Shown: positions 10,422 to 20,636, counted from the stretch's first letter. The stretch: DNA of 64,000 nt from Bacteriovoracaceae bacterium UBA6261 (GCA_002440825.1 DJVH01000095.1:49954-113953), one strand, 5' to 3'. Numbers and translations: made by a program. Notes: a model not told the origin generated them from the letters alone.

Positions 10422-11909
10422 ATGTCACAAAATTTTTATATTACAACAGCGATTGACTACCCTAACGGAAATCCGCACATGGGTCACGCGCTTGAAAAAA
10501 TCGCCAGCGACGCTTATGCACGCTGGTACAAATTCTTAGGATACAATTCATTCTTCCTGACGGGTACAGATGAAAACGGCCAGAAGCTTCTTGAATCAGC
10601 TAAAGAAGCTGGCATGTCGACCAAAGAATATGTTGATTTGAACTCCGCTAAGTTCAGAAAACTTTGCAAGGACCTGAACGTCTCAAACAATGATTTCATC
10701 AGAACAACAGAAGAAAGACATCATCATGTTTGTAATGAGCTTTGGAAAAAACTTGAAACGAAAGGCGATATTTATTTCGGCGTTTACTCCGGCCAATACT
10801 GTCTGGCCTGCGAGTCTTTCTACACTGAAACACAAGCTCCCGATAATATCTGTCCTGCTCATGGGAAACCACTGACTCTCAAAGAAGAAGAAGGTTACTT
10901 TTTCAAAATGAGTTCTTATCAGGACTGGGTCATCGCTCATATCAAAACTCATCCAAATTTTATTGTTCCAACTTCTTCGTTCAACGAAATGCTTTCTCGA
11001 ATTGAAGGTGACAAGCTTCGCGATCTTCCGATCTCTCGGCCAAACGAAGGCTGGGGAATTCCAGTTCCTGGAAATGAAAAATTTGTTATGTATACGTGGT
11101 TTGATGCTCTCATCAACTACTACGCAGCGGTTGCGCACACACCGAACGAAAAATTCTGGCCGGCCGATATGCACGTTATAGGTAAAGACATCGCCTGGTT
11201 TCACACCATCATCTGGCCGATCATGCTTCACGCAGCAGAACTTCCTCTTCCAAAACAAGTTTATGTTCACGGGATGATTCTCGCGGAAGACGGAAAGAAA
11301 ATGAGTAAATCACTTGGCAACGTTGTTGACCCGAATGATATGCTGGCAAAATATCCACTGGATACGTTCCGCTATTATCTTCTTCGCGCTATCCCTGCTC
11401 AAAGTGATGGACGTTTTTCTGAAAAGGAATTGATTGAAAAGCACAACGCTGAGCTTGGAAACAGTTACGGAAACCTCATCATGAGAGTTTTAAAATTGTA
11501 TTTGAAAGACAATGCTCCGACTCTTGATGGAAACGGTGTCACTCAGGAAGTTTTCTTCGATGATTGTTTCAAGAAAATGAAAGAGTACATGGAGAAGCGT
11601 GAACACAACAAAGCCCTTGAAGCGCTTTGGGAAGGTGTAAACAGCATGAACCAATATGTGAACACAAAAGAGCCGTGGAAATTGAAAGAAGACAAAGTCG
11701 CATTGAAACAAGTTGTTTATAACTGCGTTTACTCGATTCACGCGATCTCGGTACTGCTTTCTCCATTTCTTCCAGACACTGCCGAGAAGGCCTTACAGCC
11801 GCTTGGAATGAAAGTGTCTCACTACGATGCGGTGAAGTTCGGAACGACGACTTATGAGCTGACTGAACCGACTCCGCTTTTCCCTAAGATTGATTTACCT
11901 AAGGCCTAA
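10422..11909 (+). CDS. metG: methionine--tRNA ligase (short form, no C-terminal dimerisation domain)
   Basis: YITTAIDYPNG, HMGH, GTDENG, CLAC..CPAH knuckle, YTWFDAL, KMSKS. Confidence 0.97.
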   Translation: MSQNFYITTAIDYPNGNPHMGHALEKIASDAYARWYKFLGYNSFFLTGTDENGQKLLESAKEAGMSTKEYVDLNSAKFRKLCKDLNVSNNDFIRTTEERHHHVCNELWKKLETKGDIYFGVYSGQYCLACESFYTETQAPDNICPAHGKPLTLKEEEGYFFKMSSYQDWVIAHIKTHPNFIVPTSSFNEMLSRIEGDKLRDLPISRPNEGWGIPVPGNEKFVMYTWFDALINYYAAVAHTPNEKFWPADMHVIGKDIAWFHTIIWPIMLHAAELPLPKQVYVHGMILAEDGKKMSKSLGNVVDPNDMLAKYPLDTFRYYLLRAIPAQSDGRFSEKELIEKHNAELGNSYGNLIMRVLKLYLKDNAPTLDGNGVTQEVFFDDCFKKMKEYMEKREHNKALEALWEGVNSMNQYVNTKEPWKLKEDKVALKQVVYNCVYSIHAISVLLSPFLPDTAEKALQPLGMKVSHYDAVKFGTTTYELTEPTPLFPKIDLPKA

Positions 11910-11940
11910 AAAAGAACTCCCCCTGCCTGCACAGGGGAGC
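11908..11940. terminator. GC-rich hairpin after metG, U-tract on the minus strand
   Basis: CTCCCCCTG..CAGGGGAG stem preceded by an A-run. Confidence 0.55.
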
Positions 11941-12048
11941 CTTAAAAAGTAGTCACATTTTCACCTTTTTTTCCGTCTTTTTTCGTTTATTTGCTATTGA
12001 AAGTACCTTGACCCTGCCACGCCTAAGGTGGCAGAACATGACGGCTTT

Positions 12049-12075
12049 TAATTGAGTCCGGACTTTCTCCGATAA
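12049..12075 (+). promoter_or_regulatory. putative sigma28-type promoter
   Basis: TAAT-N16-CCGATAA upstream of the 12143 ORF. Confidence 0.55.
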
Positions 12076-12142
12076 GGAATAGGTGAAGTGGCCTTAGAAT
12101 GGATCATACGAACAACTTTTAACGGAAGTAGCGGAAGACTAA

Positions 12143-12397
12143 ATGGACGAAGAACAATTGGCATTAGTTGAGGAAGGCCTCAACCAATTAATTAAAAAGT
12201 GGAAGCGCAATTTAAATCCTGGCGACCTCGATCGTTTGAAGGCCGCTCAGGATGCGAAGCTCGCTATCCGCAAAGTCGCTCTCGCTGTTGCCGTCAAAGG
12301 CGATATCAAAGATATTGTACCGGTCATTGATGGAGGTAAAGGGGCCGGATGGGAAGTCACCGATTTCGAAGATAAGGTCATCCGCTATCACGCATAA
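12143..12397 (+). CDS. small hypothetical protein
   Basis: 84-aa ORF with GGAAG RBS, fills an intergenic gap. Confidence 0.65.
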   Translation: MDEEQLALVEEGLNQLIKKWKRNLNPGDLDRLKAAQDAKLAIRKVALAVAVKGDIKDIVPVIDGGKGAGWEVTDFEDKVIRYHA

Positions 12398-12482
12398 TGT
12401 TCATCCAAGTTTTATTGATGTAAATCTCACCATTTTGTATTAAAGTTTTTTGCGAATCAATAAAATTTGGAGGCAATCCTTT

Positions 12483-12893
12483 ATGATGGAAAAAATTACT
12501 GAAGATATTAAGAAAGCGATGATCGCTAAAGATAAAGATCGTCTGGATGCTCTTCGCTATTTAAAAGCAATGTTTATCGAAAACAAAACTTCCAAAGCAC
12601 CTATTTCTGAAATGGATGTTTTGATTAAGCATGTGAAGAAACTTAAAGACTCACTTGAAAATTTCCCTGAAGGAAATGAACTTAGATTAAAAACTGAAAA
12701 AGAAATCGCTGCTCTTTCAGATTATCTTCCTAAGCAACTTGATGAAGATGAAGTAAAAGGCATGATCTCTGCTATTATTGCTGCTACTCCCGGAATCAAT
12801 GCTGGCCTTGTCATGAAAGAATTGAGTCCAAAAATCAAAGGACAATTCGACAGCAAGCGCGCTAATGAACTCGTAAAGGCCGCTCTAGGTTAA
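12483..12893 (+). CDS. GatB/YqeY domain protein
   Basis: EDIKKAMIAKDKDRLDALR, YLPKQL, GLVMKEL; GGAGG RBS. Confidence 0.9.
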   Translation: MMEKITEDIKKAMIAKDKDRLDALRYLKAMFIENKTSKAPISEMDVLIKHVKKLKDSLENFPEGNELRLKTEKEIAALSDYLPKQLDEDEVKGMISAIIAATPGINAGLVMKELSPKIKGQFDSKRANELVKAALG

Positions 12894-12896
12894 TAT

Positions 12897-12927
12897 AAAA
12901 AAGCCCCGTTCTGCGGGGCTTTTTTTT
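12897..12927. terminator. bidirectional intrinsic terminator
   Basis: AAAAAAGCCCCG-TTCTG-CGGGGCTTTTTTT between convergent genes. Confidence 0.9.
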
Positions 12928-12931
12928 GTCT

Positions 12932-14608
12932 TTAAAATTTACAAGTAATCGAGACCGGAAAGTGGTCACTCAAAATTTCCTGGTAAAAACGATAATAGAA
13001 AGCATTCGTTAATTGATTCAGGAAGACTCTTCTTTGATAACCTTCTGTACGTTCAGGGACTGCAAAGTCATCCAGGACAACTTCATTCCTTTTAACTGTT
13101 AAATTCGACTTTAATGATTCGACGTAATTGTTCATCATCCGGGTCATTTTGCTCTGAGCGGATGTTGTAAGAGGATAATCCAGCTTCGTAGGAAGAGGCT
13201 GATCATCAGGTGGCACATCTCCGCCTTGTCCACCTTCATCAACAGGTAAAAATCCTTTGACTCTGATGCCTGGATTAAATGCATCTTTAGATCTCATCCC
13301 ATAAATACGTTGTACATCTTTATCGATCTCGGAATTGTAATAGTTGTAAACTTCGCCATTACTGCATGAAGAAAAGGCTGTCTTGTCCAGCACGAAATGG
13401 TCATAAGCATTCGCAACACCATTGGTTTCTTTTCCGTCGGATGAGAACCTCTGCGGCGAAACAGTTGTTGGTTGATCAACCAGTAAGCTTGATCCGTTGA
13501 AACTCTTTAAAACTTCCGGCCAGAACATATTACTGAATGGAAGATTAGTATCAGCAACGTACATAATTTTTTGATCATTATATTTCTTGCGGAACTTTTC
13601 CATAAACTTTAAAGCGATTTTTACTTCTGCAAAACGAGCAAAGTTAGACATGTTAATGCCGCCGCCAAGCTCAGCCGGAGTTTCCACGTTGAATACATCT
13701 TTCATCATCTTTTTTGCGGCTTCTTCATCGCCAGAAAAAGTAAAGACGACGTGATTGCTTAGCAAAGAGAATTTCGTGGAACCTTTTTTAAACGTGGCCA
13801 TGAAAGGTCTGCGGGCAAAATAGCGTGTATAGTCTTTATCAAGATACTTGCTCGTAAGATTGATAAGGCAAGCAACAGGAATACCACCATTTTCATCTTT
13901 GATTTCATTACAGTGCGGGTTGATAGCGAGAGAGACGGAATTGGCGCGGAAAAAGAATCCGACCATTTCTTCTACAGATCCCTGAAGAGCAGAATCCCCT
14001 CTTGGTGAAAGAAGAAGCGACCAGCTTGGGTCTAATTTTTTAAGCGCCATTAAAACTTTGAAGTATCCTGGCGTTCTATAAAGCGCGTAGGCCTTCTCAG
14101 TATCTTTTTTCAGTTTCTCGATTTTATCATCGATTTCTTTGATTTTATCCTGAGCACTCGTTTTTGTTTTCAATGCTTGAAGATCAGAAAGAAGCTTTGG
14201 ACTTGCTCTTAAAAAATCAAGAACTGATTTATTGCTGGCTTCATCATGTCCGACTGTTCCAAGCAACTCAAGCCCCGAAACGATATCGTATTGATTCATG
14301 ATTTTTGCAACAAGGTTATAATCTTTGAAAAGCGCTTTTGAAGTTCCCGGGTGAAGCAAATTGTATTCAGCAATTTTCAAATCGCCGGTTGTTCTGGCCG
14401 CCGCTTTTCCGCTCGGTCCAAAAAAATTATAATTGCTGTAACATTCAACTTTAAAAGATTTGCGTACGACGAGTTGGTCGAGGATCTGACAAGCTTGATT
14501 GTATTCATTGATTTTCGCCTCATCATCTTCAGGCGATTTTGGTTCGAACGCGCTTTGAGCGTGTGCAGACAGCGAGAGCATTAATAGTAAGCTTAATAGA
14601 GTCTTCAC
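12932..14608 (-). CDS. secreted exonuclease/endonuclease/phosphatase (EEP, DNase I-like) family protein
   Basis: signal peptide (AHA); YNLLH, LE, SNH, ADTN, YDHF, C-terminal SDHFPV. Confidence 0.8.
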   Translation of the reverse strand: MKTLLSLLLMLSLSAHAQSAFEPKSPEDDEAKINEYNQACQILDQLVVRKSFKVECYSNYNFFGPSGKAAARTTGDLKIAEYNLLHPGTSKALFKDYNLVAKIMNQYDIVSGLELLGTVGHDEASNKSVLDFLRASPKLLSDLQALKTKTSAQDKIKEIDDKIEKLKKDTEKAYALYRTPGYFKVLMALKKLDPSWSLLLSPRGDSALQGSVEEMVGFFFRANSVSLAINPHCNEIKDENGGIPVACLINLTSKYLDKDYTRYFARRPFMATFKKGSTKFSLLSNHVVFTFSGDEEAAKKMMKDVFNVETPAELGGGINMSNFARFAEVKIALKFMEKFRKKYNDQKIMYVADTNLPFSNMFWPEVLKSFNGSSLLVDQPTTVSPQRFSSDGKETNGVANAYDHFVLDKTAFSSCSNGEVYNYYNSEIDKDVQRIYGMRSKDAFNPGIRVKGFLPVDEGGQGGDVPPDDQPLPTKLDYPLTTSAQSKMTRMMNNYVESLKSNLTVKRNEVVLDDFAVPERTEGYQRRVFLNQLTNAFYYRFYQEILSDHFPVSITCKF

Positions 14609-14768
14609 ACCTTCTCCATGAACGATTAGTTCAATCTAATAACGGCTATAAGTTTAAGCACTAAAAACCGATTTGATCAACTACCGCCGCGCCTAAACAA
14701 AAGCGCTAAGTTCTTGAATACAGGATTTTGTCACAAAATAAAAGAAGTCAGGTAAAAAAGACATCATC

Positions 14769-14795
14769 TAAAGAAATTCATTAAAAAACCGAAAA
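14769..14795 (+). promoter_or_regulatory. putative sigma28-type promoter
   Basis: TAAA(G)-N16-CCGAAAA. Confidence 0.5.
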
Positions 14796-14839
14796 TCTCT
14801 CTAAGTAGCGAAATGTCCAATGAAAGCGAGGGATTATCT

Positions 14840-15784
14840 ATGTTTAAGTATTTTGTTGTTCTCACTCTAACGATGAATTTGTCATTGCCGGCCTTTGCCT
14901 CGGGAACGACGAAGCTTGTGGACTACATGGTTTCAGGAAGTGGTCTGGTGGAAATTCTCGGTAAGTATGGAGTGAAAGGCTCTGATGCAAAACAAGTTGA
15001 ATCCTATGTGGGATCGGCCCTGGCCGCTCTTGGATCAAAAAAATCCTTAACAAAGCAGGAACTGGCCGACGCTCTTTCGAAACTCCCTGTTACAGGAGCT
15101 GATGCCAACGTCAGAAAAGAACTGCAACTTCTTTTAGATAAGTCTGAAGGCCAGATCAAAAAAGAAGACGTCGTAAAAGCAGTCAACAACATCATTTATC
15201 TTGCAAACAGACACGGTAAATCAGTGATCATTACATGCGCAGAGTGTGTGAATGAACAACTTGCTAAAGATGGTTTCAAATTTACGGTTGAGACAATCAA
15301 GAACTCTTCAACTGTAAAAATTATGAATGAAGTACTTCCAAAGAATCCGGCGGAACTTAATACATTCATCTCTTCTCGTATGCGAAGATTGGGCATGGGA
15401 GATTACTCTCGCGTGACTCCGGATGTGGTCGCTCCATCTGAAGAAAAATCACTCGCTCTTTTCCTTGGTCTTGCTGAAGGTGGATCTGCTGATCAAAAAG
15501 CTTTGATCTCAGCGATTAAAAAAGTTTCAACAAGAAACGGAAAAACAAACATCATCGATCCAAAGAACCCACAAAAATTCTGGAAGATCGTTGCTGATGA
15601 TATGTCTGCTCAAGATATGAATGGCTGGACAAAAACGTTAAATGAAGTTGCGGCACGTGCAGAAAAAGATAACGTCACAACTGAAGAAGCTTTCTACAGA
15701 ACTCTGAAAGAGAAAGCGCAAGGAAACGATTATCTGATGAAGCAATATGAGACTCTAAAATCAAAAAGATGTTTCTTTAAATAG
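14840..15784 (+). CDS. secreted hypothetical protein (helical, CxxC)
   Basis: signal peptide MFKYFVVLTLTMNLSLPAFA; GAGGGA RBS; CAEC. Confidence 0.8.
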   Translation: MFKYFVVLTLTMNLSLPAFASGTTKLVDYMVSGSGLVEILGKYGVKGSDAKQVESYVGSALAALGSKKSLTKQELADALSKLPVTGADANVRKELQLLLDKSEGQIKKEDVVKAVNNIIYLANRHGKSVIITCAECVNEQLAKDGFKFTVETIKNSSTVKIMNEVLPKNPAELNTFISSRMRRLGMGDYSRVTPDVVAPSEEKSLALFLGLAEGGSADQKALISAIKKVSTRNGKTNIIDPKNPQKFWKIVADDMSAQDMNGWTKTLNEVAARAEKDNVTTEEAFYRTLKEKAQGNDYLMKQYETLKSKRCFFK

Positions 15785-15787
15785 AAT

Positions 15788-15818
15788 AAAAAAGCCCTCT
15801 TTAGAGGGCTTTTTTTTT
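15788..15818. terminator. bidirectional intrinsic terminator
   Basis: AAAAAAGCCCTCT-TT-AGAGGGCTTTTTTTT. Confidence 0.9.
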
Positions 15819-16182
15819 ATATATTCAACTTGATAATAATCGGAAGAAAAATTCCAAACACTATAAATAATCCGCCCAATATGAGATTGAAAAACTTAGA
15901 CAGGGAACCAGCATCATAACGTCCATGAGACAGCTCCCATCCCCGCTTTGTAAAAAAGATATCCATTTGAGCTATGAAAAAAATAGGAACGCCGAAGACA
16001 GACATCACCCATGAAAATAAAAATAGATATTCATGTGGAAAGACTGTCTTATAAAGCACAATAGAAATAATAAATAGTCCAAGAAGAATTCCACCATTTC
16101 TTCTATCTCTTAAGCGCCCGAGTGATCCTGGATCATAAGGCTCATCCGTATAAAACAATATTTCAGACAATCGCTTTAGCAT
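15817..16182 (-). CDS. small membrane protein, about 3 TM helices
   Basis: 121 aa, three hydrophobic stretches, starts 4 nt after the stop of the 1462-aa gene, AT-rich. Confidence 0.7.
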   Translation of the reverse strand: MLKRLSEILFYTDEPYDPGSLGRLRDRRNGGILLGLFIISIVLYKTVFPHEYLFLFSWVMSVFGVPIFFIAQMDIFFTKRGWELSHGRYDAGSLSKFFNLILGGLFIVFGIFLPIIIKLNI

Positions 16183-16186
16183 GGAA

Positions 16187-19100
16187 TTACATAATCTCCA
16201 GGACAGCAGGGTTTCTGTTAATCACCAGAATTCTCATCGCATTCAGGTAGCGCTGGAATGAATCGACATCATTATAGCCGGCCAGTTCCTGAACCGCTTT
16301 GTGAGCGAGATCGCCTACTTCTTTCATGCCCATCAATTCATCAGCCGGCACCGATTCCCAAATCGCTTCCGCCGTTGCCTTGTCTTTTAAATTGGCAGGA
16401 GCGGTGACCATCGCCTTAAAATTTTTGTATTCCATTTTATGTCCGCTTTTCGAATATTGAGCAAACAGTTTCTGGGTGAACTTTTCTTCAATCGCATGAT
16501 AATCAGACATGATTCTCGAAGCTTCCTGTTGAGTTTTTTTGCTGACCATTTCAGCAACTGAGTATTGGAACGATTGAAATGCTCCAAGAGTTGTTTCTGC
16601 CTGAACGTATTTCTTTAGGCGCAGAGTTGTTCTCGCTTCAGATTTATAAGCCTCATAAACAAGTCTCGCTCTTGCTGTAAAAACTTTTTTGAGAGTCTGA
16701 CCTTCAGACATCATACTCAACACAGGAATTCTTCTTCCTCCGAAGAAGTTGAATTCCGGCATTCCCTGGATCTGGACAATGTACGGAATTTCTCTTTTCT
16801 TCATTGGAATATCCATAAAGATATCTGTGAGATCTTCGACGTTTTTATGAATGTAGTTTTCCAAAGAGCCAGGCTTTGAACTTAGTGTCGCCAGATCTTT
16901 TTCAACTTTTAAAATCTTAGCCGCATTTTTTGCAAGCGATTCATTTCTCATTCTCAAAAACCAGTCGCGAACACCGCTGTAAACCGGAATGCGTCTGCCG
17001 ATTCTGTCCTTGGCATTGATCTCATTCATAATCCGCACGGCTTTATTCAATCGCTCACCTGAATAACTTTTGATTAATCGGAGCATGTCTTTTGGATTGT
17101 CAGCAAAATAGCTGGAAACCACTTTCGCCGCCTGACGATCAATCTGATCTTTCGATTCTTTCACCACTACTTTGCCGATTTCACCTTTGACAGTTCTTGC
17201 TGCTGCCAACTTCGCACGCTTGATCGGATCGAGAACTTTTCCGATTTTAGAAAGCATAGTCTCCAGATCAATTTCCCCTGCCGTATAAAGCTTCTTGATC
17301 ATATCTATCTTCGTTCTGGCGGCATCAAGGGCTTTTTTATCCAGCCCTAAATTTTTAGAAACGCTGTCGACACCAAGGAGATAGCGGGCGGCGCGCACTT
17401 CTTCTTCAGCTGCAGCACTCTTCGCAGCTGCACGGAAAGCTGTTTTCCCTGTCTGCTTCATCACTGATTTAGCAGAGACCGCAACAAGCTTAGGCCCAAG
17501 AGTCATTGATCTCGTTGCGACACCAATTAAAGGAAAAATACTGATGGCTTCGAAAGCCGTCCAGGCATAACTACGATGGACTTCGTCCGCACTTCCGGCA
17601 TTGGCAAAACCAAGTTCTTCCATCACTTTTACTTTTTTCTCAGAAATATCGGCATCACCTTTTCGTTCTAATTCATTCGCAGTGAGTTTCACCTGAATTC
17701 CCAGCGATGCCATACCTGCTACGGCCATCGCACCACCAAGGGGAGCACAAATCCCTCCGGAAGCAACAGTACAGGCACCACCAACGATGATTGCTGCCAT
17801 TCCGGCAATACCTGATCCGATTCCCCACCACATATCGCGGAATTCACCAGGAGACATTTCATTAATTTTCTTCAATACACCTTCGGGAACAGCGGGAAGC
17901 CCTGCCATCTGATTCAGCTCGTTCTGTGCTTTTGAAGTTGAATAGAAAATATTTTTAAATTCTTCGTGATCGTTGATATCCATCTTACAGAATGTATCGA
18001 GATGGCCCAAAATTTGAAGCTTTCTAGCCATCGCAGCCTGGCGAAGAATATCTTTATAAATGGGTTTTTTGTACGAATCATCCACGGCCAGGAAGTTCAA
18101 CTTCAAGTTGAAAGTATTGTCGATACCGTTGAGCTTTGAAAATTCCTCGAAAAGTTTTTGTTGTCTCGGAATATCATTGCGGACTTTATACAACTTGAGG
18201 AAGAAATCACCAATCTGAGCTTCGTTGGTTTTTGCCACCCGGGCGATTTCACTTCTCGTTTTATCGGAAATATTTATTCCCGTTTTTAAGGCTGACTCTT
18301 GATTCAAGATTGTTTTATAAGAAAGATTTTCAGCAATATTGTAAAAATTTTTATTTCCGCTGGTCACGCTGAAGAGCTGGGCATTTCGATGATCAATATC
18401 TTCAATAATATTTCGCCAGATAAAATTCTTTTCAGAAGACGAAAGAATTTTGTCAGCGTGGTCATAGCTGAGAGGCAAATGCAGCCCCAGAATCATACCG
18501 GCCTTCTGAATTTTAGAAAGCTGAAGATCAACATTTTGCTTATCACATAGAGCTTTTTCGTTTGTCTTGTACCACAGCCCGGAGCGCTCATACACAGGCG
18601 GAAGCCCCTCTTTTTGATATTCAAGCTGATCAATGGCAACCATGTATCCAAATTTTAAACGGGCCCAGGGATTTCCTGCGGACATTTGATCCAAAAGAAA
18701 ATTCAATTCAAACGGTTTTGCTTCAGGTAGAAGAGCCGTGTAATTTCTCAACGTCATCCAGACCTGAGACAATAGTGGATAGACCTGTTGAAATTCTCTT
18801 TCTTCAAGTCTTCTGGTAGGAATATATTTATCGCCTGAACGAAATTCTGCCAAAAAGTTTGAAAGATTCAGAACTCTGTTTCCTTCACAGAGAGCTTTGG
18901 ATTCGCGTGAACTCATGAACACGTTCATTCGTTGACAAGAACCCATGACAATTCTTTGTAATTCAGAATCGAGCGGTAAAGATCTGTATTGATAAAATAA
19001 ATCTGCCAGAACTTTTAAACTCCAGTCTCTCCACACGGGAGAAGAATACATGGAAGGAAAATCAATCATGACTTTTCTTCCTTCAAATTTTTTCTTCATT

Positions 19101-20575
19101 CGGGCCGTAATGAGCTGAGTGTAGTCATTGAAGCCGTTCTTTTGCATCAGCTCCAGTAAATAAGGTGAAAGATTTTGTTTTCCAGGATAAATCTGCTGAA
19201 CAGTTCCGTCCGGAGCTTTGATTTCCGCAACTTCATCAGGAGGAAATGATCCAAGCATACCTTGAAATGTTTCAGCTCCAGCGTAAGTAATATTGTGTGT
19301 ACTTACAGTCGCGCGAGACCTTTTTTCTCTGGTGCCACGAAAAACCCCCATGGCCTCATTGGCCTTGAACGACATGACTGTCTGGAAGTGGGCCACATCA
19401 TCAAACTGCGGTTTCATCGTTCCGGCATTGCTGCTCTGAGTGCGGAAGTTCATCTTGGCGTTTTTGTAATTTTCAAACGGAACCATGCCGCTGTAGCCTT
19501 CTTTCGTCGGGTCTTTGTTAACGTTGTCGATGTAGTAATCGAGATAAGCAGTGTCATCCTGCTTGAAGGTCAGACCGTGACCGGCAAGTATCGATTCAAG
19601 AAATTTATCCCCGACTCCTTCTTCAAATTTAAATTTAAATTCTGAGGGAAGATTTCCGTTGAATTGATTCTGGCATGAATTCGGAATGTGAAGTGGTGAT
19701 CGTGTACCTAAAATCGTGTCGTACAGATAAACTTGCGAAAGCATCATATGCAATGTCATCCATTTCAGGGCAATGACATAGTTTCTTGAAGTCGGAGCTT
19801 TTAAGAGAGTAACGACATCGTGCCTGATAATGTCGGACGGAGAAAAAGATAAAACATAACTTCTTCCGCCGACAGCTGTGATTTCCATATAGAAAGGTGA
19901 AGTCGCTGCATTCGGGCCCATTGTTAAAAGACCCATTTGCTCGTTGGAAAGACCGCTGGTGAAAGATTCAGGAATAGCTGGAAGAAGATTTTTAAAGTAC
20001 TGACTACCGTCATTTTCACGCGGTTGATAAGAACGTTTTATCACAACGAGATCTCGTATCGGCATCAAGACATTTTCTACATACGTGGCAATCAGATCAA
20101 TCTTGTCGTCCTCAGAATAATTGCCTTCCATTGTGATGGCATTGACAGTTCTAAGATGAGTCTGCGCTTCGCGAACAAGGGCAAGGAATTCGGGATCAAC
20201 TTTGTTTTGAAAATATGTGAGAGGTTTTTTTGCTTTTTCTTCTGCAATTGTCTTCTTTACGATTTTATCAAAGAGCCCTTCTACTTTGACCTTTGGACAA
20301 TTTTTTTGCACAAACTCTTCTTTATCGAGAGTGAAATTGTTTGTGGAACAGGAATCCTGCTTTAGCGAAGCCATCAATCTTTTGAAATCTTCATCCAATT
20401 GCTCCTTAGAACAATTTGAATCGCGCTCGCTTCCCAGAGCTTTTGCTTTAAAGGTATTCATCCTCACTTTAAGATCGTTAAAGTTGGCCGTTGAAGACGG
20501 ACCACGCGATCCAGGCAGCCTGAAACTACAAGCTTCGAGTAATAAACAGAGGATCAGCAAATACTTCATTGCCAT
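16187..20575 (-). CDS. very large hypothetical lipoprotein with Gly/Ala hydrophobic hairpin
   Basis: 1462-aa ORF, lipobox-like LEAC, AGGAG RBS; segment WWGIGSGIAGMAAIIVGGACTVASGGICAPLGGAMAVAGMASLG. Confidence 0.85.
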   Translation of the reverse strand: MAMKYLLILCLLLEACSFRLPGSRGPSSTANFNDLKVRMNTFKAKALGSERDSNCSKEQLDEDFKRLMASLKQDSCSTNNFTLDKEEFVQKNCPKVKVEGLFDKIVKKTIAEEKAKKPLTYFQNKVDPEFLALVREAQTHLRTVNAITMEGNYSEDDKIDLIATYVENVLMPIRDLVVIKRSYQPRENDGSQYFKNLLPAIPESFTSGLSNEQMGLLTMGPNAATSPFYMEITAVGGRSYVLSFSPSDIIRHDVVTLLKAPTSRNYVIALKWMTLHMMLSQVYLYDTILGTRSPLHIPNSCQNQFNGNLPSEFKFKFEEGVGDKFLESILAGHGLTFKQDDTAYLDYYIDNVNKDPTKEGYSGMVPFENYKNAKMNFRTQSSNAGTMKPQFDDVAHFQTVMSFKANEAMGVFRGTREKRSRATVSTHNITYAGAETFQGMLGSFPPDEVAEIKAPDGTVQQIYPGKQNLSPYLLELMQKNGFNDYTQLITARMKKKFEGRKVMIDFPSMYSSPVWRDWSLKVLADLFYQYRSLPLDSELQRIVMGSCQRMNVFMSSRESKALCEGNRVLNLSNFLAEFRSGDKYIPTRRLEEREFQQVYPLLSQVWMTLRNYTALLPEAKPFELNFLLDQMSAGNPWARLKFGYMVAIDQLEYQKEGLPPVYERSGLWYKTNEKALCDKQNVDLQLSKIQKAGMILGLHLPLSYDHADKILSSSEKNFIWRNIIEDIDHRNAQLFSVTSGNKNFYNIAENLSYKTILNQESALKTGINISDKTRSEIARVAKTNEAQIGDFFLKLYKVRNDIPRQQKLFEEFSKLNGIDNTFNLKLNFLAVDDSYKKPIYKDILRQAAMARKLQILGHLDTFCKMDINDHEEFKNIFYSTSKAQNELNQMAGLPAVPEGVLKKINEMSPGEFRDMWWGIGSGIAGMAAIIVGGACTVASGGICAPLGGAMAVAGMASLGIQVKLTANELERKGDADISEKKVKVMEELGFANAGSADEVHRSYAWTAFEAISIFPLIGVATRSMTLGPKLVAVSAKSVMKQTGKTAFRAAAKSAAAEEEVRAARYLLGVDSVSKNLGLDKKALDAARTKIDMIKKLYTAGEIDLETMLSKIGKVLDPIKRAKLAAARTVKGEIGKVVVKESKDQIDRQAAKVVSSYFADNPKDMLRLIKSYSGERLNKAVRIMNEINAKDRIGRRIPVYSGVRDWFLRMRNESLAKNAAKILKVEKDLATLSSKPGSLENYIHKNVEDLTDIFMDIPMKKREIPYIVQIQGMPEFNFFGGRRIPVLSMMSEGQTLKKVFTARARLVYEAYKSEARTTLRLKKYVQAETTLGAFQSFQYSVAEMVSKKTQQEASRIMSDYHAIEEKFTQKLFAQYSKSGHKMEYKNFKAMVTAPANLKDKATAEAIWESVPADELMGMKEVGDLAHKAVQELAGYNDVDSFQRYLNAMRILVINRNPAVLEIM

Positions 20576-20609
20576 GAGGACTCCTAAGGTCGTGACTATC
20601 CGTTAATCC

Positions 20610-20636
20610 CTATCGGAATAGTCGGGAATTTCTTTA
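20610..20636 (-). promoter_or_regulatory. putative sigma28-type promoter for the 1462-aa gene
   Basis: minus strand TAAA(G)-N16-CCGATAG, canonical spacing. Confidence 0.65.

Noticed and set aside
7993-11909. Antisense and alternative-frame ORFs within leuS and metG, and similar short shadow ORFs across the window
   Set aside because: Fully inside well-supported genes, with no RBS or recognisable motifs
12083-12097. GTG 7 nt after the sigma28 box as leaderless start of the 12143 gene
   Set aside because: In frame but stops after four codons (GTG AAG TGG CCT TAG); a 4-aa uORF cannot be supported further
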